Positions 12,298 to 26,340 of a DNA stretch of 64,000 nt are shown in pieces (position 1 is the first letter of the stretch; each line of letters begins with the position of its first letter). Below the pieces are notes generated by a model that saw nothing but the letters and a program-made list of their open reading frames with translations, was not told the origin of the DNA and did not search any database. The DNA comes from Negaprion brevirostris (lineage: Eukaryota), in contig JARDVH010000031.1 of the NCBI GenBank assembly GCA_030324005.1, positions 38,609,614-38,673,613 of the forward strand, in the 5' to 3' direction. The position numbers and the translations under genes are program-made.

Positions 12298-12799
12298 GCA
12301 TGCTTTCTGCACCTATATACATTTCCTTGCTTTTTTTTCACAAGCTTAATCAACTAAAGGCATCAAAGTGTACAAACCAGTTCAGAACCTTAGTAACTTT
12401 ACCTCTATTAGAGAGAAATTTATTTCACGGAAGTTTAGAAGATAAAAGTGTGTAAATCAATAGAATTTTGTGGTTGGGAGGTGGGGTGGTGGTGGCAACT
12501 GAAGGATATGTAAAATTCCCTGGGTACCTTTCCTGTCCCCAACTTTATGTGGATCGGGTGAGGCTCTAAGAGGCCACTTTCTACCTGACCTCAATTTTGA
12601 AGCTAGTGGGAGCAATTCAGGGGCAAGGTATCCCAACTGGTCACCTTACTTGGGCTTTGGATGGGACCGGGGGTGCGGCACCTCCTTAAAGGCCCACTCC
12701 TCACATCAGGTGCTCCCCCACCCCTGCAAGGCCTCTATATCAACACATCTCCCACCCTCCCCCCTGCCAAATCACCAAGTGTTTGGGCCTTTGATTAAG

Positions 12800-13590
12800 G
12801 AGGTTGTAGCTCAGGGAATGTTTGATGTTATTTATATGGAATTCCAGAAGGCAATCAATAGGCTCCAACAAATGACTTAGAAAAAATGAAAATATATGAA
12901 ATTGGAAGCAACCTATTGACATAGGTAGTATGTTATTTAGGAGTTAGGAGATCAAGGGTACAGTACTCCGACTGGCAGGATGTGACTAATGGAGTTCCCT
13001 GGGAATCTATACTCGGGCCTTAGCTTTTCCTTATAATTACCAATGTTTTAGCTTGAGCAGTATCTTCACATTTGCTCACCACTACATTAGGTGGCACAGT
13101 AAATGGTGTAAATGGGAGCAAAGGGATAATGATACATCAAGTGGGCAAAAACTGTTACAGATTGAGTTTGATGTGGGGAATCATGAAGTGACCACTTTAG
13201 ACAGAAAAGAGATAGGCTAGAGCACTTTCTAAATGGTAAGAATTTAGTAAGTGTGGAAAAGTGGAGAAATTTAGGGGGTCCACATACTAAAATCATTAAA
13301 AGTTATTGGGCAGTTGCACAAAATAGTTTTAAAAGCTAATGAGATGTCTTTATATTCGGAGTCTAAGATTAAAGAGAAGGAAGTTCTGCCAAAGTTAAAT
13401 AAAGCTTAGATTAGAGCATTTTTGCAGTACTGCATTCAATTGTGAACAGCACACTTTATTCCACACAATGGACTTGGAGTGAATACATTGCAGCTTCATC
13501 TTGAATGATACATGGAGCAAAGGAGGTTCAATTATGAGAACAGGTTTCATAGAATAGGCTTCTGAGTATAGAATATTAAAGGGTGATCAT
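12800..13590 (+). mobile_element. Decayed CR1-like LINE RT fragment
   Basis: DVIYMEFQKA motif at ~12824; gttccctgggaatctatactcgggcct (GVPQGS-like); degraded 3' RT motifs. Confidence 0.6.
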
Positions 13591-13616
13591 AAGTTTTGCA
13601 TCTTGAATTTGGCTAG

Positions 13617-14387
13617 GATAACTATGGTATGTTTCTTCAGTATGATTCAAATGACCACTAGGAAGCTTTTATCAAACTAAGTTTAATTAAGAATATAGTT
13701 AATATGTGGAATGAAAATTAGCAATAACTTTTATCAATTTCAAACAAAAATAAAACAACCATGATAATGTTTAGCCATTAACAAACATATCTAAGATGTT
13801 CCAATCAAACCAAAACTTTCCATGGACAAAACCCTTTAAACAATTTCAACACAGCAAAGTCTAATGCTGACGTGATATTGGAATTGAGTCCTTTGGAGAA
13901 CTGAAAACGCTCAGTCTTGTAAGTTCTAGCAGTCCTCTTGACACACCGAGAACAGTTAGAAATCAGAACAGCATTCTAGAATCCCAGGTAGACTTTGGTC
14001 AAGGCACCAACAGTAGAATCTTTCCTTCAGTAAGGCAAGATGCATTACTTTCAGCTAACCAGCAGAATTTCCAAAACCAGGGAGAGAGAGAGAGAGAGAA
14101 AAACTTTACAGTTTGATGCCCCTTCTAAAACTAAAACAGAAAACAAAACCTTAAACTCACTGGAAAAGAAAAAGAAAACTGTTGAAAAACACATGACTGT
14201 CCTCCTAACAATGCAGGATCATAAAACACCCTAGAGTTAAAATAAACAGACCCCATTTAAGCAATTGAAGTAGCAATAAAAGGACATCTCCAAACAAGCT
14301 GGTGCCATAATGAAAAAAATGACAAGCCAAAAAGACTGCAGAAAACATGATGTACAAAAGAAATCTCAAAGGTGCACTAACGTCACA
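13617..14387 (-). mobile_element. Possible solo LTR-like repeat
   Basis: ~770 bp A-rich segment ending ...cgtcaca, organised like the 30453 LTR; left terminus and TSD not clean. Confidence 0.3.
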
Positions 14388-14656
14388 ATAGTATTTACCA
14401 AACAGAAAGACAATTCATCCAAACAGGTCCATGAGGTGTTCAATGCTCCAAAAGAGCTTCCCATCCTACTTCATTTAACCCTACCAATGTAACCTATAGC
14501 CTTGCTCGTGTATCAATCTACCTCCCTCTTAAATATATCTATGCTTTCTGGCTTAATTATTTCTTGTGGTAACTTTTCCACATTCCAACCATTCTTTGAA
14601 GTGAAGAAGTTACACCTGAATTCCCCATTAAATTATTGACTTTCATATGACCCCTA

Positions 14657-17600
14657 TTTTGATTTGATTTATTATTGTCGCATGTATTGGTATACAGTGA
14701 AAAATATTTTTCTTTGCACACTATACAGAAAAAGCGCACCAGTCATAGTGAAGAAAAGGAGAGAGTGCAGAATGTAGTGTTACAGCGATAGCTATGATAG
14801 AAAGATCAGCTTAATACAAGGTAGTTTTTTCCAAAAGTCTGATGGCAGCAGGGAAGAAACTGTTCTTGAATCAGATGCTACATGACCTCAGACCTTTATA
14901 TCTTTTTTCAATAGAAGAAGGTAGAAGAAAGTATGTCCGGGGTGCATGGGACCCTTAATTATGCTGGCTGCTTTTCAGAGGCAGCAGGAAGTAAAGACAG
15001 TGTCAATGGGTGGGAAGCTGATATAAGTGATGGACTGGGCTTTGTTCACGACCCTTTGTAGTTCCTTGTGGTCTTGGACACAACTGGAGCCATACCAAGC
15101 TATGGTACAACCCGAAAGGATGGTTTCTATGATGCATCTGTAAAGGTTGTTGAGAGTTGTGGACATCCCAAATTTCCTTAGTCTTTTGAGAAAGTAGAAG
15201 CATTGGTAGGCTTTCTTAATTATAATGTTGGCATTGGGGGAATCATGACAGGTTGTTGACACCTAAAAACTTGAAACTCTTGACCATTGCTATTTCGCCT
15301 CCATTGATGTAGACAGGGACATATCCTCCACTACGCTTCCTGAAATCGATGACAATCTCCTTTCTTCTGTTGACATTGAGGGAGAAGTTATTGTCATTAC
15401 ATCAGTTCACCAGATTCTCTATCTCTTTCCTGCTCTCTGGAGCAGTATACTTGGTGGCTGGTGAGTTTTTGGATTTGCGATTTAGTTTTTTTCTTCTCTC
15501 TATTGCCGGTTCGCGGGGTTTTTGTTTGTTTTCGCTTTCTATAGCGGGAGCTAGGCGCGGGGGCAGTCGGGAAGGGAGCACAGGAGTACAAAAAGAAGGC
15601 CGCAGTAGACAGCAGGCAGCATCGGGAGTGGGCAGCAGAGTGAGGTGGGTGCAGAGTGAGTGCTGTAAGGGCTTTGGCTCACAGGGCTTAGGCACAGTGA
15701 GTTACTGGTCCATTTTTTCCTGTTTTCCATTTCTGTGTCCATAACTCTAAGGGTGGTCAAGTAAATGGCAGGGTCCTTGGGGAGACGTGTCAGCTGCATT
15801 AGGTGCAATATGTGGGAGTTCCTGGAGACAATGCATCTCCCAAAAGTCCACATCTGCACCAAATGTCTGGAGGTGCAGCGTTTGAGGACCCGAGTTAGGC
15901 AATTAGAGCTGCGTCTGGAAGATTTATTTTTAGTCAGGGAGAACGAGGCAATAATGGATAGGATCCACGGTCACGTGGAGATCCCAGAGCCTGNNNNNNN
16001 NNNNNNNNNNNNNNNNNNNNNNNNNNNNNNNNNNNNNNNNNNNNNNNNNNNNNNNNNNNNNNNNNNNNNNNNNNNNNNNNNNNNNNNNNNNNNNNNNNNN
16101 NNNNNNNNNNNNNNNNNNNNNNNNNNNNNNNNNNNNNNNNNNNNNNNNNNNNNNNNNNNNNNNNNNNNNNNNNNNNNNNNNNNNNNNNNNNNNNNNNNNN
16201 NNNNNNNNNNNNNNNNNNNNNNNNNNNNNNNNNNNNNNNNNNNNNNNNNNNNNNNNNNNNNNNNNNNNNNNNNNNNNNNNNNNNNNNNNNNNNNNNNNNN
16301 NNNNNNNNNNNNNNNNNNNNNNNNNNNNNNNNNNNNNNNNNNNNNNNNNNNNNNNNNNNNNNNNNNNNNNNNNNNNNNNNNNNNNNNNNNNNNNNNNNNN
16401 NNNNNNNNNNNNNNNNNNNNNNNNNNNNNNNNNNNNNNNNNNNNNNNNNNNNNNNNNNNNNNNNNNNNNNNNNNNNNNNNNNNNNNNNNNNNNNNNNNNN
16501 NNNNNNNNNNNNNNNNNNNNNNNNNNNNNNNNNNNNNNNNNNNNNNNNNNNNNNNNNNNNNNNNNNNNNNNNNNNNNNNNNNNNNNNNNNNNNNNNNNNN
16601 NNNNNNNNNNNNNNNNNNNNNNNNNNNNNNNNNNNNNNNNNNNNNNNNNNNNNNNNNNNNNNNNNNNNNNNNNNNNNNNNNNNNNNNNNNNNNNNNNNNN
16701 NNNNNNNNNNNNNNNNNNTAGGAATAATGGGGTTGAAGGCTGAGCTGTAGCCAATAAATAGGAGTCTGACGTAAGTGTCTTTGTTATCTGGGTGTACCAG
16801 GGTTGAATGCAGTGCCAGGGAAATGGCATCTGCTGTGGCCCTGTTGCGGTGGTAGGTGAACTGTAGTGGATCCAGGCAGTCCTGGGGGGCTGGAATTGAT
16901 TCATGTCATGACTAACCTTTCAAAGCACTTCAGAATGATGGATGTCAACCACTGGACGATAGTCATTAAGGCACGCTGCTAGGCTTTTCTTTGGTACTGG
17001 GATGATGGTCATTTTTTTTGAAGTAGATAGGGACCTCAGATTGTTATAAAGAGAGGTTGAAGATGTCTGCAAATACCCCTGCTAGCTGATCCTTGCAGGA
17101 TCTGAGTGCTTACTAGGGTAACCCATCCAGGCCAGTCACTTTGTGAGTTGACCTTTGAGAAAGTTGCTCTGATATCTGCAATGATGACCTCAGACACAGA
17201 TTCATCCAAGGTTTCCAGGGTGGAGGGCGTGCTGTTGCTGATCTCTTGCTCAAAACGGGCATAGAATACATTAAGCTCATCAGAGAAGGGTATGTTGGAG
17301 TTGGCAATTTTACGTGCCTTCAACTTGTAGCCTGTAATGTCTTGCAGACCTAGCTATAGTCGGCGGGGGTCTGTGTGGCTAGCCTGGGACTCTAGTTTGG
17401 CCCGGTATTGTCTTTTGGCATCTTTGATGGGTCTCTTTAGATCGCATCTGGCTTTCTTGTATAGGTCAGGGTCACCTGACTTGAATGCCTCAGACCTGGA
17501 CTTCAACGAGCAGTGGATATCCCTGCTCATCCATGGTTTCCAGTTGGGAAACATGTGGATTTGCTTCTTTGGCACATAATCTTCTACATACTTACGAATG

Positions 17601-17930
17601 AAGTTAAACACTGCAGTGGCACCCTTGTTCAGGTCACAGTGTTTTTAAATACTGACCAGTCTATTGACTTCAAGCAGTCCCACAGGAAATGATCAGATTC
17701 CTCAGATCAACATTTCAACTTTCTTTGACGGATTCTCCTGTTTCAGTTTTTGCTGGTAAGCTGAGAGCCGGAGCACAGCCTTATCGACTGATTTGTCAAA
17801 TTCTGGGCAGGTGATAGAGCGGTAGGCATGTTTATTTCTGTAGTAGTCGTCTAGGGTGTGTGGGCCTCTGTTGCAACAGGAGACATGTTGGTGGTATCTT
17901 GGTAGGATGCTCTTGAGCTAATCTGATTGA
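14657..17930 (-). mobile_element. Rex1/Babar-type LINE (degenerate), interrupted by a CR1 5' end and a gap
   Basis: ORF pieces KKAYQCFYFLKRLRKFGMS...YRCIIETILSGCTIAWYGS, DELNVFYARFE, FPNWKPWMS; (ATTTG)n tail at ~14657-14672. Confidence 0.75.
15379..15993 (+). mobile_element. CR1 LINE 5'UTR and ORF1 start nested in the Rex1 element
   Basis: ORF at 15765 MAGSLGRRVSCIRCNMWE...HICTKCLEVQRLRTRVRQLELRLEDL, zinc-finger/leucine-zipper typical of CR1 ORF1; GC-rich upstream. Confidence 0.7.
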
Positions 17931-18450
17931 CCCTAGTCTTGCCACCTCCACTGGAAAAGTCTTCTCTGTATACCCTATTAAACACTGTCAACCTCTTACA
18001 GAATTACCCCTATGTTTTATCTTTTCAACATTCAGCCTCTTCAACCTTTCCTGATAAGTGAAACACCTCCATTCTAGTATCATCTTAATAAAGGTTTCTT
18101 TCACCCTTCCCAATGTCCATATATCCTCTTAATTATGTGACAACCAGAACTTTTTACAGTGTGTTATGTGTGGTCCAACCAAGGTTCTACACAAATTTAA
18201 CATAATTTTTTAAAAAGCACAGGGTATGTTATATTTTAAATCTGCATCATTAATTAATAACCTTCACACCTGTATCCAAAGCCTCTCTGCTGCTCTATCC
18301 CATTTAGACTTTTTTTTTGAGTACGTGACTTCCCATCTCCACTTATCTATATTGAGGTACATTTACCAATTGTACACTCATTCTACAAGTTTATTAATAA
18401 TCTGCCTGTGTTCTGTCACAGCTTTTATGTATTTTCTCCCTAATTTGTTG
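17930..18450 (-). mobile_element. Old CR1-like LINE fragment (continues at 14420-14655)
   Basis: accagaactttttacagtg...ggtccaaccaaggttctacaca, reverse CR1 3' RT motifs. Confidence 0.5.
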
Positions 18451-18602
18451 CCACTGAAAGTATACAGAACTAAGATGAAAAAATGGAATTGTGGTACACA
18501 ACAGCTATGATCTTATTTAATGGAGGAAAGAATCTTAAGGGGTTAAGTGTTCCACACCTGCTCCAATCCTGCTTCAGTTGCTACAAAATAACCTTACTGT
18601 TT

Positions 18603-18898
18603 AAAGTTTATTTTATTCGTGTCACAAATAAGCTTGCATTAATACTGCAATTAAGTTACTATGAAAATCTCCTAGGTGCCACGCTCCAGTGCCTGTTCTG
18701 GTACACTGAGGGAGAACTTAACATGGCCAATGCACCTAACNNNNNNNNTTTCAGACTGTGGGAGGAAACTGGAGCACCCGGGAGGAAACCCACGCAGACA
18801 TGGAGAGAACGTGCAGACTCTGCACGGACAGTGACCCAAGCTGGGAATCAAACCCAAAACTCTGGCGCTACGAGGTTGCAGTACTAACCACTGTGCCA
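18603..18898 (-). mobile_element. tRNA-derived shark SINE (HE1-like)
   Basis: reverse tggcacagtggttagtactgc A-box, ggtttgattccc B-box, cgtgggtttcctcccgggtgctccagtttcctcccac core. Confidence 0.8.
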
Positions 18899-19624
18899 CA
18901 GCTGCATTGAATGTAAATTACATGCAAGTAACACATTTGCTTCAGTAATCGTGAGTGTCGCTAATTTAAATTTACACATTTATTAATTGTAAAGGGCATT
19001 CCTATTTCTCAGAAGTTGCAGTAATGAGTTCTGCACCACACATTTCAGAAACAAGAATGAACTTGGTTACTGTTGTCAGGCTTTTGGTTACATATTCAAA
19101 ATCATCACAAACATGTTTGAGTGGTTACTATAACATTTTGCCATCCTTCTTTGTAGGGATGCTCATATTTTGTACTTGCTTATATAGGATAGAGCTTGCA
19201 AATCCCACATTTAGCAGAAAACAGTTTTAACTCACATTCAGATCTTAACCAAACATGCATTGATCCCATAGATTGTATACAATATTGAAGTACTCCGGTA
19301 GCATGGAATCTTGTTTCCATAATCAGCAATTACCAATGGAATAAAAGAAATTGTGGACGAGAACAGGTTAACTGATCCAGCAAGCTTATTCCACAAGCTG
19401 CAAGTTTCCCTCATTTATTGTATTCATCTCTGGTCAGAATACAATTTACCAGTTCACTTCCTTCAAAGGAATTAACTGCGTCAGGCCATGTTACTACTGC
19501 TTTAAACCACTTTGCATCTGGATCCTTCTCAATAACAAAGTGATCTATGTCAGATTAAACCATCAGGATCGAAGTCACTAATCCTCAGTTCATATTTTTT
19601 TCCAGAAGTTATCCAGTTCTGTTG

Positions 19625-19850
19625 GTTCGTGACTGAGGCCAGCACTTATTATACATCCCTGATTGCTTGAGGAGGTGATAGTGAGCTGCCTTCTTTATCC
19701 GCTTTAGTCCATGTTGTGGAAGCACCCTTTTAGTGCTATTAGATAGGCAGTTCCATGATTTTGATCGAGCAATGAAGGAGCAGAATGGTGTGTGACTTGA
19801 ACAGCAAAATGCAGGTGATGGTGCTCCCATGTGCTTGTTGCCCTTGTCCT
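19625..19850 (-). mobile_element. L2/SINE-tail fragment (same tail as 52355-52702)
   Basis: ggccagcacttattatacatccctgattgcttgaggaggtg...gagctgccttc. Confidence 0.5.
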
Positions 19851-22800
19851 TTGATTCAGCTGTCACTTCAAATCCTTTTTTATATGCAGAAAGAATTTCC
19901 CTTCTATTGGTGGGAACCTACTATGCAATGTTGATAAACTATTGCACATACTTGGGGAACACTAACTCTGTGATAATTCACCCATGGAGCCCTCATGACT
20001 CAAAGCTCAGTATTAGATTAGTGAACTGGTGATCAGGGCTGTCTTCTTCATTCATGCATGATGCAGCATGAGAAGTTGAACAAATATAATAAGGCTTATT
20101 CAACTACAACATGTGCCCTAGAGCATCTTATATGCATCCTGAAACTCTTTTAGGCACTTAAGATATCCAAGTACAGCACAGCCAGAAACAACACATAAAT
20201 TATTCACATAAAGGCTTGCTGCGTTTCGAATCCGAAAGTGGTGATCAAACCAAGAATCTGCAGCCACAACTCCAAAGTCAGGGAATGTGCAGTTAGAAAC
20301 CGGAACAGGAGTCGACAGCCAGAGAAAGGACAACATAACCGAAAACCCAGTGCTGTCAAACCTGTATTTATTTTGCACCTTTAATATACCAAACATACCC
20401 AAGGAGTTTGACATAGGAGTTAGGTGGCCTGATGTCAAGTGTTGCCACATGAGCAGAGATGGCCAAAAACTTAGTCAAACAGGTAACATTTAAGAAACAT
20501 TTTAAAGGAGCAGAGAGGTGGACAGACAATGACATTTAGGAAAATAATTCCTGTGTTAAGGGTCTCAGCTGTTGNNNNNNNNNNGCGGGGGTGTGCAAGA
20601 ATGGATCCTAAGATTGCATCAGAGATAGTGGTGCAGAAGCTTGGCAAGTGATACTCTGGCTACAATAAGATGGATAAGAATGGAACCAGGAAAGTACCAG
20701 CTGGATGATGTTTCTTTAGAAAAAGTACACATGCCAAAATAAATTTAAATCTCACAGGCCTGCTCAATTATTTCCCATCACCATCACATTCAGGCTTCTG
20801 AAAAAGTTTTTCAACAGTAAAAATCTTTTCTATGGATGAATTCACAAGATTTGCAATCTTGGCAAGCACAGCACTGTGGTAACAGAATGTTGTTGGGCAT
20901 CAATCATTTCTTCTTTAGGTATTTGTTTTAGAAAAAGTATTTTGTTCACACACAAGTGATCACCATCAGAAAGGACACCATATTGCTATTATTTTAAACT
21001 AGTATTGAATTATTTTGTTCTTTTCTAGATTTTATGCTCCAGGGATAACAAAACAATAAAACATACATAACTATTTAGGACTAGACTTTTGAGATGAAAC
21101 TCTTTTTTTGAGAACACAGAAAAGATTTACAATAGCATGAGTCAGATGATGCATATAGGTGCCGACAATCATCTTTGCTGTACTGTTCAATCTAGAGGGT
21201 TAGGGCATTATTAGATTAATAAACCCATAAGCTTCAACTTTCAGAACAGCAATATTTGTGAACCCGCTATATTTATGGCTTTCCAACTCAAAATTAGGTG
21301 CATCACTGCATGTTACTCATTACGTACAAGTATTTCAGCTCTGCAGTCTCAGGAATGTTTTCCCATTTTATTTTGATCAATTAAAATTCTGATGGGAAAC
21401 AAGGTAAGAAACCATAGACCAAGTAGCAATGGCAAGTTTTTATTCTTACAATACAGATCATGTTTTCAGTGTTGAGGACATTTAAAATGTTCAATTAAGT
21501 ATACAAAAAATCTTAAGTTAAAGTATTCCCTTTAGTGTTTATATATATAACCCCATTATTTTCTCTTTATAGTTACAAAAAATTAGTTAATATACCTGAA
21601 TATAGATTTTGGTCCAACTGATTAAACAAACCAAGCCTGCCTGATTTTATTTAGCAAGAAATTGGAGCCACAAAAAATGTTAATCATAATTGAAAAATAT
21701 CCAAACCTAAATAGCTACGTTCCTACAGTACATACCTCTTCTTTAAGAACCACATCTGGTAGTCTTTTAGTACTTGTGAAAAGTTAAAAGCATTGGCTAA
21801 TTGGCACAGGTTTCTGTTGGTCATTGAATAGAGCCCAAATGTTTAAAGATAACTATCTAACGATATAATTTCTCAATTTAAAAAGTATTTTAAAGCCATA
21901 CTGTGGTCTGTTCTAAGATATTCAAATGTCTTCTTATAACAAGATTCATAGATTTCTGGTTGCATTAATTAATGGACTTCCGTCATAATAGGAATATATT
22001 AAAGAGTAATGCTTAAATGTTTGTGGCAATCTTAAACATAACTATTCAGAATTTTCTCAGACTTCAGAAAACAATTTAGAGAAATCAAAATGCTTCCATA
22101 TCTCTTNNNNNNNNNNTTTCATTTTCTAGATTTTATTGCTATAGTTGAATATACTGGCTTCCCAAATTTTAAAATTTCAGTGTTGAGTTAAAGAACAGGA
22201 ATATCTTATCTCACACAGTACATCCTCAATATCCCATCCTTTGCATCTGCATGTGGACTAAATGAATTTAAATGCATTTGAGACCTGATTTGCAGTGTAG
22301 TTAAATTCTATATCTATGCATGATTTATGTATGCAAGATTCAAATATGGTCTGGAATGGTACACTCCAAAAATAAAGCATCAAATGTGGTTTAGCAAAGC
22401 GTACAGGTAGAATTTGGTACTGGTGAGTAAATGCTCAAGAGTTGGTAAAAAAAAATTCCAAGACTGCTCAATTATAATTACAAATTACATGTTGACCTAA
22501 AAGGTTGCTGGTATGCCATTTGTGACTAATTCAGTCTACATATATAGTCAGTATAAGGAATAGTTTTGGAGGGTATACATAGTAGACCTAGGCAAATCAT
22601 TTACCAAGACAGATATTCTAATTTATAGATGCTGTGATATATTGGAGAAGTTCTTTAAGGAAAACAGTGGCTATTTGTGTTAGTGATAGAACTGCTCAAC
22701 CAAAATTTGGTTGTTCAGTAATCAAGGATTCAATATTTGGTTTTGGAGATAACAAATACTATCAATGTTACAAATTATTTTATAAGGTTATATAAAAAAG

Positions 22801-25800
22801 TTCAATAGTTAATGAGAATTGCAAAAATTTATTCAGATTATATAAATCTCACCAGAGCTTATCAATGTGACTGAAAAAGTGAGTAGTTAATCAGCATATT
22901 AACAGTACACCCCTTCCCCACATAAGCTTAACATTCAGAACTCAACTTTAATTCAAACTATTATTAATATAACATTTAATGTCACTATGTTTCCTATTAG
23001 TTATTCTCTTCAAGTTCTACTAACATGTAAAAGATCTAGTCTGTTGGGTAAACACAATTAGCATAATTGATTGAATATATTAGAGTACAGACTGTTGAAA
23101 TATTCAATCACCTCTCATCAGCAGAGCTACAACTTTGATTGTGTATACCTCTCTAAAGGGGAGGTGTTTTCCCTCGTTATTTTCTCAATGCAAATAACAT
23201 TTCAAGCTTGACCAAAAGTATTTTCATGAAAGTTTAATTTCTTTATACAAAGAAATGTAATTGAAAGATAGCAGATAGTGATCAGCAATGAAACCTATTT
23301 CACATGCCAAACCAACACATCCTAATGGACATACAGACATGGCAAAATCCATCTCCTGGAATCTATTTTACATTCACTGAAAGCAAAATTTAACATTGTA
23401 CATGTTAACATTGTAAATCAACCATGTTGAGATCTTAATGGCTCAGGATTACCCATTAATTAAGATTATAATACTTCAAAATGCCTACTCTATAGTGCAT
23501 TAGATAAAATCTTTCTTTTTGAAGTTCTCTTCCTCTTTTAAATCTCCAAATCTAATGTACTAAACTTTAAATTGTTAAACTATATTACTAAGAAGCATCA
23601 AGGTTCAATAAGTGTGGTAATTTTTCTATCATTCTAAATTTTAATAGCGAAAAATGTCACTAATAGAACTTAGTGCTACATCTTTTAAGACACAAATAAA
23701 TGGGAAATTTTCTTTCTCCATCTACTTTCTTCCCTCCCTTCCTGATGATGAGCTTTGGGTTCAATCTATTACTTTATCCAAGTGGCCATTATTTACACGT
23801 GAACCAAAACAGTCAATGTTAACATACTATCTGACCATTAGATGTGGGAAAAAAAAATTGGGTTGTGCAGTGGGAGATATCAAATTTGAGCTTGATTCCA
23901 TGTTCCCCACATCTACATGCGTGAGCTAAGAAAATGAAAGGCAAGGTCAATAGCAGTTGGTAATTGAAATACTGATTAATTTTTCCTTTCTGCAACACAG
24001 GATGCCAAGCTCAATTGCACCATCCTGATCATTGCTTCAGCAGGAGGCTAGTTAACTTAACATAAACCAAACATCTTGACATGAGACTCAGTTTTTCACT
24101 GGATAAAGTCACTAAATTATTGGCCAAGCTGCAAAATCATGTATTTTAAGCTTAAATACCCAAACTGATGTATTTTCAAAGATATTGCTTGATATAAAAT
24201 TCTATTCCTTTAACAATTGAATTTTGCATGCAAATTCTTAATATTCACAGTATTTAATATTTATGAAAAAATATACACAGCACAAAATGATGGCATGGTT
24301 AACCATTTACATCCATATGTAACCAATTGGTTNNNNNNNNNNNNNNNNNNNNNNNNNNNNNNNNNNNNNNNNNNNNNNNNNNNNNNNNNNNNNNNNNNNN
24401 NNNNNNNNNNNNNNNNNNNNNNNNNNNNNNNNNNNNNNNNNNNNNNNNNNNNNNNNNNNNNNNNNNNNNNNNNNNNNNNNNNNNNNNNNNNNNNNNNNNN
24501 NNNNNNNNNNNNNNNNNNNNNNNNNNNNNNNNNNNNNNNNNNNNNNNNNNNNNNNNNNNNNNNNNNNNNNNNNNNNNNNNNNNNNNNNNNNNNNNTCAAT
24601 CTTTAGATAAAATACGCACGTCACAGCTTCAAATGTTTTGATAACTTAAACCTATAACAAGGAAGAAAGATGTGATCTCAAAGAACTGGAGTGCTATTAA
24701 TCTGAATTTTAGTTCAATATGTAGCAGAACAAAGATTATGTCCACAATTTTGTTTCCTCGTTTGCTAAAATAAGAAATTTCTCCCCCACTTTCGTAATGG
24801 TATTTTTCAGACTGGAAGAGGCAGATTTGTAGAAAAAACTAAACAATTAAACAAAATTGATTGGCAAATATAAAGCAAATGAAGTAACAGGTAGAAGAGG
24901 TTTCTTGAACTGAATTTTTTTTGGCTAACTGGACAATAAATGAATTGCCATTCTAATTTTTTTTACAAAACTACATTTTGTTCTAATTTAAATGCACTTG
25001 TCTAAACAACATTTTGGAGAGAGCCACATTTCACTCCTCTGAAATATCTATGTCCTCTCTGCTTAAAAAAAGGCGCAACAGATAAAGAAATGCAAGAACT
25101 TTGAATTGCACAGCCAGTTAAATCTCTGCAAATACGCAGAAAACAACTGGTTATGGGAAGGAAACAGTAAGAAGAAAAATAGCTCTGAACTATAACGCCT
25201 TTTGACCACTGGAAAATAACACATTAATTCTATCTCAGATAAATACATTATCATAGATACATCAATTTCAAAGAAAAGCTCTATTTACCTCAGCTGGAGA
25301 CGCTCATATAAAGATTACATCTAAGTCATTGCCAGTAACATTTTGTTCCAGGGTTTCCATAGTCATTCATTAATCTATTTTTATTGGATATAAAATACAC
25401 TACGCTTACCATCTCCGCTAAACTGCATACACTTTGAATTGGGAAGAATTTACTCGTGTCTCTTTTACAAAAGATTTTATAATATAGTGCAGAACACATT
25501 AGTTTTAACCATGTTGTGTTCTGGAAGCTGTTTCTACAGGTATTTGAGTTCTGGTATAACCAGTACTAATTGGCTGCTACTAGAAAAGATGAAGCAAAAT
25601 CCAAACCTCATCCTAAGACAGTGTACAGCACTGATGTATGTACAAAGATTCCATTCAAAATGTACAAACACCAAATTAAATAAAAGGTCTAAACAAAGAT
25701 CAACATTTAACAGCAATTGCTCCAAAATGTACATCCCTCCTGGATAGATAGGTGCAAACAATGGACATGTACAACCCTAAGGATTCAATTCATGGTATCA

Positions 25801-26200
25801 AACTTGTCCTGGCAACAGTCACAAAAGTACACATCTCTAGCACTATTGTGTTGTCACATGTTATATCCTCATTTTTTCAATCAAGTATCACTGTTGTGAC
25901 CAACTTTTAATGACACCTTGCTATGTGTGAATAAGTCCTAGACCAGACCATCAATAAACAACAGATTCCACAATATAGTGTAGAAAATACAGTTGTAATT
26001 TGCTGAAAATATATAATAGAAATCAGATTAGGTAAGCTTGTCAACTTTTCTGATTTTATGTAGTAAAGTGCAGAGAAAGTCATTTAACTGGGAAACTGCA
26101 GATCCATTTCACCTTATTGGAATACCTAAATGCCAGCAGTAACTGCATAGCAATATCAGCAGAGTGAGCATCTTTTTACTCCATTTTAATTCACATGTTT

Positions 26201-26340
26201 TCAACTTGAAAGTGCAACAAAAAGACTCTCTGTCTCAGATAATTTATTCCTCGAGTTTGCAATATTTTCTTCTGGAATGGCCATTGGAGGGAATTCACCA
26301 TTTGCAGTCTGTGAGGAACTGCAAGTAATCTGAGCAGTCT
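26201..26340 (-). CDS. PLEKHA3: PLEKHA3 exon 8 coding part to TGA
   Basis: ttacag|AG ACT...[15 protein letters not shown]...LSS*. Confidence 0.85.
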
